Shown here piece by piece: positions 56,989 to 64,000 of a DNA stretch of 64,000 nucleotides. The stretch's first letter is position 1. Each line of letters starts with the position of its first letter. The notes under the pieces were generated by a model, which ran no database searches, was not told the DNA's origin, and saw nothing but the letters and a program-made list of their open reading frames with translations. A program made the position numbers and the translations under genes. The DNA is taken from NCBI GenBank assembly GCA_023434025.1, contig JAEYTL010000045.1, positions 1,892 through 65,891 of the forward strand. The letters run 5' to 3'. This DNA is from Bacteroidota bacterium (GTDB lineage: Bacteria; Bacteroidota; Bacteroidia; Flavobacteriales; Flavobacteriaceae).

Positions 56989-59469
56989 ATGAAAAGAATT
57001 TTATTTTTTCTGACTGTTCTTTGCTTTTCAATTCAGCTGAAAGCACAGACTATCACTATTACGCAGACCACAGGATGGTTGGAAACCGCTTATATCAACT
57101 GGGAGCCCGTTGAGGGGGCTGACAGCTACAAGGTATATTATACCGGAGGTGGATTTACCGATCGATTGATTGACACCCAGCTTATCCGTAACTACGGAAG
57201 TTATTTCAGGGCAGACATTTTAGGACTTGAAGCCGGTACATATACTTTTAAGGTTTCTTCGGTAACGGCAAATGTTGAAAGTGAACCGACTGTTTCTGAA
57301 AGTGTAACCGTTTTGGCACAGGACAGAAACGGTTTTGCACACAGTAACGGCAGAGTACCCGGCGGGTATAACCTGAACGGAACCGTTAAGTCTAATGCTG
57401 TTATTTTATACATTACCGAACAAAATAAAAATACGGTTTCCATGACGGTTACCGGTGCAACTTCCAATCCGTGTGTCGGACTGCAGACTATTCTGGACGG
57501 GTTTAAAAAGGGATTAGACAATCGCCCTTTAATTGTAAGGCTGATTGGGAACATTACCGGTTTCAGCTATATGTATAATGGTGATATTGTCATTGAAAAT
57601 AAGAATAATGTAAACGGATCGATCACATTTGAAGGCGTAGGATCTGATGCTCTGGCTAACGGTTGGGGTATCCGTATTAAAAAAGGAACAAACATTGAAA
57701 TCCGTAATTTAGGTTTTATGCTCACGGATTCTGGTGAAGGTGACAATATTGGCTTACAGCAGGATAATGAATATATCTGGGTTCATAATTGTGACTTGTT
57801 TTATGGTTTGCCCGGAAGTGCTTCCGATCAGGCAAAAGGAGACGGAGCCTTAGATGTTAAGCGATCCGGATTTGTAACTATTTCTTATAACCATTTCTGG
57901 GATACCGGAAAATCAAATCTTTTAGGAAACGGAACGGAAACACCAAGAAACATCACGTATCATCACAATTGGTATGATCATTCCGACAGCCGTCATCCCC
58001 GGGTAAGAAGCCATACGGTTCACATATACAATAATTATTTTGACGGAATTTCCAAATACGGAGCCGGATCGACCAAAGCATCGTCTTTGTTTGTCGAAGG
58101 GAACTATTTCAGAAACTGTAAATACCCTATGCTTATTTCAAAACAAGGTTCTGATATCGCCGGTGGTGCACCCGGAACATTTTCTGGTGAACATGGCGGA
58201 ATGATCAAGGCTTACAACAATGTGATTATCGGGGCCCAAAGTTTCATTCCCTATCACCCGACTACCAGTCCGGTTCAATTTGATGCCTATGTTGCATCAT
58301 CCCGAAATGAGGTTTTAGGCAATAACATCAGTGCCTTTTTAGGTGGTGCAAATTATAATAATTTTGATACCAACCCTGCTCTGTATGTCAATAGTTTAGT
58401 GATTGATGAGCCGGAAGTGGCGAGAGATAAAGTTATGCAGTATTCCGGCCGGGTTTCGGGCGGAGACATTACCTGGACATTTGATAATGCGGTTGATGAT
58501 GCTTCGTATGCCATTAATCCGGGATTATTGGCAACCTTGACCAATTATACCTCTTCATTGGTTGCCGTACAAGGTGAAACTCCTATTGTAGAGAGCAGTC
58601 AGACGCTTACTATCCCGAGTAATAATGACCAGACGGTTGCTGAAGGAACGGCGATCAGCAATATGGTTTTTACCTGGGGCGGAACAGCAACAGATGTTAC
58701 AGTGACCGGTTTACCGGCTTTCGGAATTGATTTTGTTAAAAATATGGCCAACAAAACGGTTACTGTTTCGGGTATTCCGACCGATGAAGTTGATTTCACG
58801 ATTACCACGGTCGGTTCAGCCGGAACACCGGTTTCTGCCAGTGGAAGCATCTCCATAGGCGATGGAAATATACAGGGTGAAGAGATCCACAATTTTACCG
58901 AATCTGTTTTAAACAGCTCATTTTATTCTTTTACATCTGCCAATATGAACTCTAACCCGGGTAATACCACTTATAACGGATTAACTTTAACGGCCCGTTT
59001 AAAAATTGAATCCGCTACCATTATCAGTTATACTACTTTTGCAGAATCCTCACTTACATTGGTGCTTGACCCTAATTTTAACGGAACAATTAAAGTGGAC
59101 AATGTAAACTACACCGCTTCTTCCGGTCTGGTTGTCATTCCTTCAATTGCTCCCGGAAATCACACCATAACCAAAGGAAGTGTAGCAAATTTATATTATA
59201 TCAAAACGGAATATACTACGCTGGGATTGAACCAGATTTCTAAAAACGAAGTGGCTTTATACCCTAACCCTGTCCGCCATGAGCTCAATATTAAAGTGCC
59301 TGATGAGGTAACGATTGAAAAGATTGCTGTTTATAGCATTATCGGACAACTGATTAAAAGTGAAAACGGTTCATCTATGATTAATTTAAGCGATTTAAAT
59401 AATGGCATGTACTTGGTTAAAATTCACACCAATCAGGGAATTGTAGAGAAAAAAATCATCAAGAAGTAG
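56989..59469 (+). CDS. PL1 pectate lyase with a C-terminal T9SS sorting domain
   Basis: 826 aa. Signal peptide, FN3-like N-terminus, beta-helix core with WVHNCD, GALDVKRSG, HHNWYDHSDSRHPRVR. Extra Ig/jelly-roll-like region. CTD LYPNPVRHELNIKV ... NGMYLVKIHTNQGIVEKKIIKK. Confidence 0.9.
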   Translation: MKRILFFLTVLCFSIQLKAQTITITQTTGWLETAYINWEPVEGADSYKVYYTGGGFTDRLIDTQLIRNYGSYFRADILGLEAGTYTFKVSSVTANVESEPTVSESVTVLAQDRNGFAHSNGRVPGGYNLNGTVKSNAVILYITEQNKNTVSMTVTGATSNPCVGLQTILDGFKKGLDNRPLIVRLIGNITGFSYMYNGDIVIENKNNVNGSITFEGVGSDALANGWGIRIKKGTNIEIRNLGFMLTDSGEGDNIGLQQDNEYIWVHNCDLFYGLPGSASDQAKGDGALDVKRSGFVTISYNHFWDTGKSNLLGNGTETPRNITYHHNWYDHSDSRHPRVRSHTVHIYNNYFDGISKYGAGSTKASSLFVEGNYFRNCKYPMLISKQGSDIAGGAPGTFSGEHGGMIKAYNNVIIGAQSFIPYHPTTSPVQFDAYVASSRNEVLGNNISAFLGGANYNNFDTNPALYVNSLVIDEPEVARDKVMQYSGRVSGGDITWTFDNAVDDASYAINPGLLATLTNYTSSLVAVQGETPIVESSQTLTIPSNNDQTVAEGTAISNMVFTWGGTATDVTVTGLPAFGIDFVKNMANKTVTVSGIPTDEVDFTITTVGSAGTPVSASGSISIGDGNIQGEEIHNFTESVLNSSFYSFTSANMNSNPGNTTYNGLTLTARLKIESATIISYTTFAESSLTLVLDPNFNGTIKVDNVNYTASSGLVVIPSIAPGNHTITKGSVANLYYIKTEYTTLGLNQISKNEVALYPNPVRHELNIKVPDEVTIEKIAVYSIIGQLIKSENGSSMINLSDLNNGMYLVKIHTNQGIVEKKIIKK

Positions 59470-59504
59470 TTTTTTCATATTTATTTTTATTCTGAATAAA
59501 CCGT

Positions 59505-59537
59505 CTGAAAATAGTTCAGGCGGTTTATCCTTCAATT
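59505..59537 (+). terminator. hairpin terminator after the pectate lyase gene
   Basis: ATAAACCGTCTGAA-AATAG-TTCAGGCGGTTTAT (13 Watson-Crick pairs plus 1 G:U). T-rich tract shortly downstream. Confidence 0.55.
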
Positions 59538-59658
59538 CTTTTTTTAATATAAATTTTTATAACAGCACAAGCTTATCCCCTCCCCAAATCTGAACAATAA
59601 TACCGTACTGACAATATTGCTTTTAATAGAATTACTTAATTTCTAATGACAGATAAGT

Positions 59659-60480
59659 ATGAAAAAAATATTAATTTTATTGTTCTTTTTACATTGTGTT
59701 GCTCTCTCCAGAGCCCAGGTGGGTATCAATACAACAACACCGAACAGTTCATCGGTTTTAGACTTAAACAGTCATCTTGGCGGTTCAAATTTTGGCGGTT
59801 TTATGCCTCCGCGGGTCACCTTGGCTCAACGGGATTTAATTCCGGTAACAGCTTCAGAAGACGGATTGATCGTATATGTTTCATTTCCAAGTGGATTGAG
59901 ATGTTTACAACTTTTTAATGGTTCTACACTAACCTGGGAAAATATAACCTGTTTTGGAATTCCGCCGGTTATAGGAACGGTATTTTTTGAATCGATGGGC
60001 AATGTAACTTCCAACACCAATATTTCAACACACTGGGCTAATGGCGGATTTGATAACTCGGCTACCTGTACGTATGGTTCAACCACCTCAACACAGCCGC
60101 AAATAAGAAACACACTGCCTTCAACAGCCGTTTTTCCATCTGCATCCGGATCCGGAAATCTCTACTTGGCCAATGCAAACAGGGATTTTATCATCAGCGG
60201 TATTGATGTAACGGCACATTCCGGTCCATTGACCTTACAATTGTTAATCCATAAAAGTACAACTGCCTCTAACGGCTCCGAATTAACCATTGATTATTTT
60301 AACGGAACGTCGTGGGTTGATGTCACTATTTCAGATTTACCTACCGGAACAGGAACGGCAACATGGTACCAACGGGTTTTATCAACCAATGTCCCTAATA
60401 CGATACAGAGCATCAGGTTCAGCAGAGCTACGTCAGGACCTGAATTCAGGATTGATGATATTGAAATAATTAACCCATAA
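59659..60480 (+). CDS. hypothetical secreted protein
   Basis: 273 aa. Signal peptide ending LSRAQ, then VGINTTTPNSSSVLDLNS. The C-terminus (IQSIRFSRATSGPEFRIDDIEIINP) resembles the end of a jelly-roll/choice-of-anchor-type domain. Confidence 0.6.
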   Translation: MKKILILLFFLHCVALSRAQVGINTTTPNSSSVLDLNSHLGGSNFGGFMPPRVTLAQRDLIPVTASEDGLIVYVSFPSGLRCLQLFNGSTLTWENITCFGIPPVIGTVFFESMGNVTSNTNISTHWANGGFDNSATCTYGSTTSTQPQIRNTLPSTAVFPSASGSGNLYLANANRDFIISGIDVTAHSGPLTLQLLIHKSTTASNGSELTIDYFNGTSWVDVTISDLPTGTGTATWYQRVLSTNVPNTIQSIRFSRATSGPEFRIDDIEIINP

Positions 60481-60596
60481 TATTATTTCCCCCAAACCTA
60501 TAATTTTCAATAACTTATTAATAGCCGGTGTGTTTTTTCAGAAACAGGCCTGTCTTGTTTTTGGCTGACAAAAATTAACTAAACAAACAAAATCAA

Positions 60597-63500
60597 ATGA
60601 GTATGAAAAAAAGTATCACTTTTTACTTGATCTTTATGTGGATAGGGTTTTATTCCTATTCACAGGTAACAGAACTTCGTATAGGAAGTAACTTTGTTAA
60701 CGGTCTCTCACAGTACACCTTCTCTGAATCAAATGACATTATGTTCAGAAATGAAACCGGAGGAACATTTGCCAATCGAAACACCGGTGCGGTTTGTTCC
60801 GGTGCGGTTTACAGAACCGAACTGAATTCGGTTGTTTTCTATTTGCAGAGCTCTGCCATTTCGGAAATTGCGATACATGGAGCCAGTAGCGGTTCTACAC
60901 TGCGGACATTGTCTTCTATCCAGACAGCAAGTTCATTAAACGGAACATATACACCGTTAACAGGCTATTCAACCAGTTCAACGGTTGACGGAACTTGCGG
61001 AACAATAAACGTATCGGGTATTCTGATTCCTGAAAATACTTATATCAGCTTTGTATTCAGTGGAAACATCAGGCTAAGTGGTTTTGATATTACCCCTGTC
61101 AATCTTATCAGTACACCGTCTGAACAGGCTGGTAATATATCGTTCAGTAGCGTATTATCTGATTCTTTCGTAATAAATTGGGCTAATGGAGACGGAACAA
61201 ACCGGGCTGTTTTTGTTAGAGAAGATGATCAGGGAAGTATAAACGATCCTGAAGACGGAGCGGATTATCCGGCAAACAGCAATTGGAATAACGGTACACC
61301 TTCCGGGACTCAGCTGGGAACTTCCGGCTATTATTGTGTTTATAACGGAAACGGTTCTTCGGTTTCGGTTACAAACTTAAATCCTTTTACAACCTATTGG
61401 GTCAGGATATACGAATATAACGGATCGGAAGATACTACACTTTATCTGACAGATACGGGAGTTAATAATCCCAATCATCAAATAACACTCGCCTCCCCTA
61501 TTCCGGCTGGTATGTCCGGCTTATTAAATACCGGAGAAACGTTAACAGGTAATTATGATTATGATGAGTTTCCCGGCGATGAAGAAGGGGAATCTCTTTT
61601 TCAATGGTATGTGGCAGACAATAGTTCAGGTCTGAATCAAACAGCAATTTCGGGTGCTTCGGCCTTGACGTATGTGATTCAGTTAGCCGACGAAGGAAAA
61701 TACCTGCGGTTCGGAGTGACTCCTGTAGATGTGAACGGACTTCAGGGAGAAGCTTCTTTTAGTGAGTGGCAATTAGTGAACGCAAGACCTGTAGCTTCTG
61801 ACGTTGTCGTATCGGGCTTATTAAATGTAACGGAAGTGCTAGCCGCCGCTTATTTATTTACAGATGTTGACAGCGATGATGAAGGGGTTTCTGTATATCA
61901 ATGGTACCGGGCAGATGACGAAGAAGGTACAAACAGCGAGGCAATTCCCGGAGCAAACGGACTCGCCTATTCATTGGGTATTGATGATTTATCAAAATAT
62001 ATTCGTTTTGGCGTGACTCCGTTTGCCTTATCGGGCTCATCACCCGGTGAGGAAGCTACCGGCGAATGGATTGGTCCGGTACTTTCGCAGGATGCCCCGG
62101 CTGTTACTGCAACCGGAAATTTATCGGAAGATAGTTTAAATACCGCTACTGTTACACTAACCCTTGTTAATGACTCTTTTACAACCAATTCTTTAGCGAT
62201 TGAAAATTTCTCACTAAACAATGCTCCTTCCGGATTGACCATAAATCAGGTTGTATGGATAAATTCAACCGAAGCAAGCGTGGGGTTTTTATATAATGAC
62301 GAAGATTTTGATACGGATATAACGAACTTTTCAATAGCAATTGATCCGGTAATTTTAGTTTCAAATACAGCATTATTATCTAACGATTTAACCATCAATG
62401 CCGTTGAAGAGATACTGACACTCTCGGGTGAATTATATTTTGACGAAGTTTGTACAGGTCAGGAAAGCGAAACCGGTGAATTTATAATTTCGGGCATCAA
62501 TCTCAAATCCGGAAATATTTCCATAGCCTCATTAGAAGGCTTTACCTATTCTGAATCAATAGACGGAGCATATGCTGCAACACTTGATTTTGTTCATGCT
62601 GGAGGGGATTTAACGGCTAAAACGGTCTTTGTAAAGTTTTCGCCTGTTATGGTAACCGACTACAGTGACAGTATTGAAATTTCTGGTGGCGGTGCTCCTG
62701 TTGTTTATCAGAATACAACGGCATCGGGAGTTAATTTTCCTTCATCTGTAACCGCTCCAGCCAGTTCAGCGGTTAATGCTACACAGGCATTTTTAGGAGG
62801 AAACCTGACTCAGACAGGTTGTAATGATATTATTGAACGGGGAGTTTTTTACAGTACTGTTAGCGGTTTTGAAGATGGTGATGGTATTAAAGTTTCTGAA
62901 ACGGCCGATTTTTTCAATGCAGGAGCATTTAATATAAATGTCACCGGATTAGCAACCGGTACAACATACTATTTCAAAGCGTTTGTTCTAGGAACAGATG
63001 ATGTGTATTTTTACACTGCACAAGCTTCTTTTACCACGTTGCCGATTGCTGAGCCAATAGCAGTTGATGCTTCTGATATAACAGTGAATAGTTTTTCGGC
63101 TAATTGGGAAGCCGTAACAGGAGCTGTTTCTTATCAATTAGATGTGAGTACTTTTCCCGATTTTGGATCATATACCGTGAATCCGAACCAAACCCTATTA
63201 TCCAACACGGGTGTTTTGGGTATGCCAAACTGGTCAGAAACAGCCGTTACCGTATCGTCGGGAGCTTTATCAATGATTAGTCCGGCTTCTCAATTAATTA
63301 CAGCTCCTTTTAATCTGGTTTCTTATTCAGGAGTTGAGCTAAGTTTTTTAATCAGAACTTTTGGAGGCGTAACCGGAAACAGTAACCAGGTAGTTATTTC
63401 TATATCAACAGACAACGGACAGAATTGGGCTGTGTTAGGAACAACAACTGCGGCAGGTTCCAGTTTAAATCCAGTTACGCCCTACAGTCTGGATGCTTAT

Positions 63501-64000
63501 TCAGGAACTCAGGTTCGCCTGCGTTTTGAAACTCCTGATGCAACCGGAGCAAGGGGAATTGGTCTGGATAATATTACCGTTACAGGAGATCAAAATATTT
63601 TTACATCCAGTTTTGTGGAGAACTATGAAAATGTTTCTGTTTCCGGAACATCTTATGACGTTACGGGATTAAACCCGGGGACTGCTTATTATTACAGGGT
63701 TCGTTCGGCAGATGCCACATCCGTTTCCGTAAACTCCAATGTGATAACCGTATTAACGGCTACTCCTTCCCTATGGTATGCCGATAACGACGACGATGGT
63801 TTTGGTGATGATGACAATACTCTTTTAGCCGTTGAACAACCGGTTGGCTATGTAGCCGTTGGCGGTGATTGTAATGACGATGACGATACAATCTACCCCG
63901 GAGCCGTTGAAATCTGTTACGACGGTATCCTTCAAAACTGTAATGGTGATCTGAATGACGGTTGTCCGGTTGTGTTAGCCCGATTGCGTAATGACAATTG
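60597..64000 (+). CDS. large secreted multidomain surface protein, 3'-truncated by the window edge (more than 1134 aa)
   Basis: I hand-translated from the ATG at 60597 (MSMKKSITFYLIFMWIGFYSYSQ...) to 64000 and met no stop codon. It is absent from the ORF track, presumably because no stop lies in the window. Contains FN3-like modules (NLNPFTTYWVRIYEYNG, TGLNPGTAYYYRVRS), two tandem approximately 99-aa repeats and a Cys-rich MopE-like repeat at the end. Confidence 0.85.
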   Translation, partial: MSMKKSITFYLIFMWIGFYSYSQVTELRIGSNFVNGLSQYTFSESNDIMFRNETGGTFANRNTGAVCSGAVYRTELNSVVFYLQSSAISEIAIHGASSGSTLRTLSSIQTASSLNGTYTPLTGYSTSSTVDGTCGTINVSGILIPENTYISFVFSGNIRLSGFDITPVNLISTPSEQAGNISFSSVLSDSFVINWANGDGTNRAVFVREDDQGSINDPEDGADYPANSNWNNGTPSGTQLGTSGYYCVYNGNGSSVSVTNLNPFTTYWVRIYEYNGSEDTTLYLTDTGVNNPNHQITLASPIPAGMSGLLNTGETLTGNYDYDEFPGDEEGESLFQWYVADNSSGLNQTAISGASALTYVIQLADEGKYLRFGVTPVDVNGLQGEASFSEWQLVNARPVASDVVVSGLLNVTEVLAAAYLFTDVDSDDEGVSVYQWYRADDEEGTNSEAIPGANGLAYSLGIDDLSKYIRFGVTPFALSGSSPGEEATGEWIGPVLSQDAPAVTATGNLSEDSLNTATVTLTLVNDSFTTNSLAIENFSLNNAPSGLTINQVVWINSTEASVGFLYNDEDFDTDITNFSIAIDPVILVSNTALLSNDLTINAVEEILTLSGELYFDEVCTGQESETGEFIISGINLKSGNISIASLEGFTYSESIDGAYAATLDFVHAGGDLTAKTVFVKFSPVMVTDYSDSIEISGGGAPVVYQNTTASGVNFPSSVTAPASSAVNATQAFLGGNLTQTGCNDIIERGVFYSTVSGFEDGDGIKVSETADFFNAGAFNINVTGLATGTTYYFKAFVLGTDDVYFYTAQASFTTLPIAEPIAVDASDITVNSFSANWEAVTGAVSYQLDVSTFPDFGSYTVNPNQTLLSNTGVLGMPNWSETAVTVSSGALSMISPASQLITAPFNLVSYSGVELSFLIRTFGGVTGNSNQVVISISTDNGQNWAVLGTTTAAGSSLNPVTPYSLDAYSGTQVRLRFETPDATGARGIGLDNITVTGDQNIFTSSFVENYENVSVSGTSYDVTGLNPGTAYYYRVRSADATSVSVNSNVITVLTATPSLWYADNDDDGFGDDDNTLLAVEQPVGYVAVGGDCNDDDDTIYPGAVEICYDGILQNCNGDLNDGCPVVLARLRNDN

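Noticed and set aside
57201-58892. Minus-strand ORFs 57201-57554, 58353-58544 and 58599-58892
   Set aside because: They are antisense to the pectate lyase gene. The Ser/Thr/Pro/Val-rich translations are typical of reverse frames.
61858-62373. Three short minus-strand ORFs, the only tracked ORFs after 60.5 kb
   Set aside because: They lie antisense to the long untracked plus-strand ORF that I translated by hand from 60597 to 64000.
1-64000. CRISPR arrays, tRNA/rRNA genes, transposases, integrases, prophage genes
   Set aside because: Reading all intergenic regions of 80 nt or more, I found no regularly spaced direct repeats, no cloverleaf-like tRNA sequences and no recombinase-like ORFs. A computational scan (tRNAscan-SE, Infernal, CRISPR finders) is still advisable.

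Overview
This 64-kb window looks like a chromosomal segment from a Flavobacteriia-type Bacteroidota genome. Supporting signs are AT-rich DNA, TAnnTTTG -7 promoter boxes, many lipoprotein or signal peptides, and proteins ending in T9SS-type C-terminal sorting domains. I support about 50 protein-coding genes. I found no rRNA, tRNA, CRISPR array, transposase or integrase.

Main blocks:
- 0.1-14.8 kb, housekeeping: acyl-CoA carboxyltransferase, an aldehyde dehydrogenase/DUF779/AraC module, prfB with its classical programmed +1 frameshift, threonine aldolase, YbaB, oligopeptidase B, a cysteine synthase-like enzyme, YebC and GcvT.
- 15.0-24.8 kb: two convergent operons rich in amidoligases. They hold three ATP-grasp-type proteins, a GCS2/YbdK carboxylate-amine ligase, a class I glutamine amidotransferase, two esterase-D-like hydrolases and an M17 aminopeptidase. 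I read this as an uncharacterised small-peptide or gamma-glutamyl metabolite system.
- 25-32 kb: envelope and transport genes (META lipoprotein, OmpA/TSP3, NhaA) and an SF2 helicase.
- 32.7-42.6 kb: a tightly coupled five-gene Pel/galactosaminogalactan-like exopolysaccharide operon. It encodes a DUF3492-GT4 PelF-like transferase, two unassigned polytopic membrane proteins, a GH114/TM1410-like hydrolase, and a 1307-aa lipoprotein fusing a deacetylase-like domain, TPR-like repeats and a beta-barrel-like C-terminus. A convergent T9SS-secreted DUF4874/DUF4832-like protein follows. Both promoter regions carry the same ATCGATGAAATG(CAT) motif.
- 44.8-51.6 kb: hotdog thioesterase, Fur-family regulator plus His-rich P1B ATPase, and a cNMP/CBS/DUF294 nucleotidyltransferase with a DEDDh exonuclease.
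- 51.6-59.5 kb: a pectin/rhamnogalacturonan degradation locus (CE12, CE8, GH105, DUF4861, esterase, T9SS PL1 pectate lyase) with LacI-type palindromes in its divergent promoter.
- 60597 to the window end: a >1134-aa secreted multidomain ORF that is absent from the supplied ORF track because it has no stop codon in the window.

All family names come from motif recognition by eye. No searches were run.
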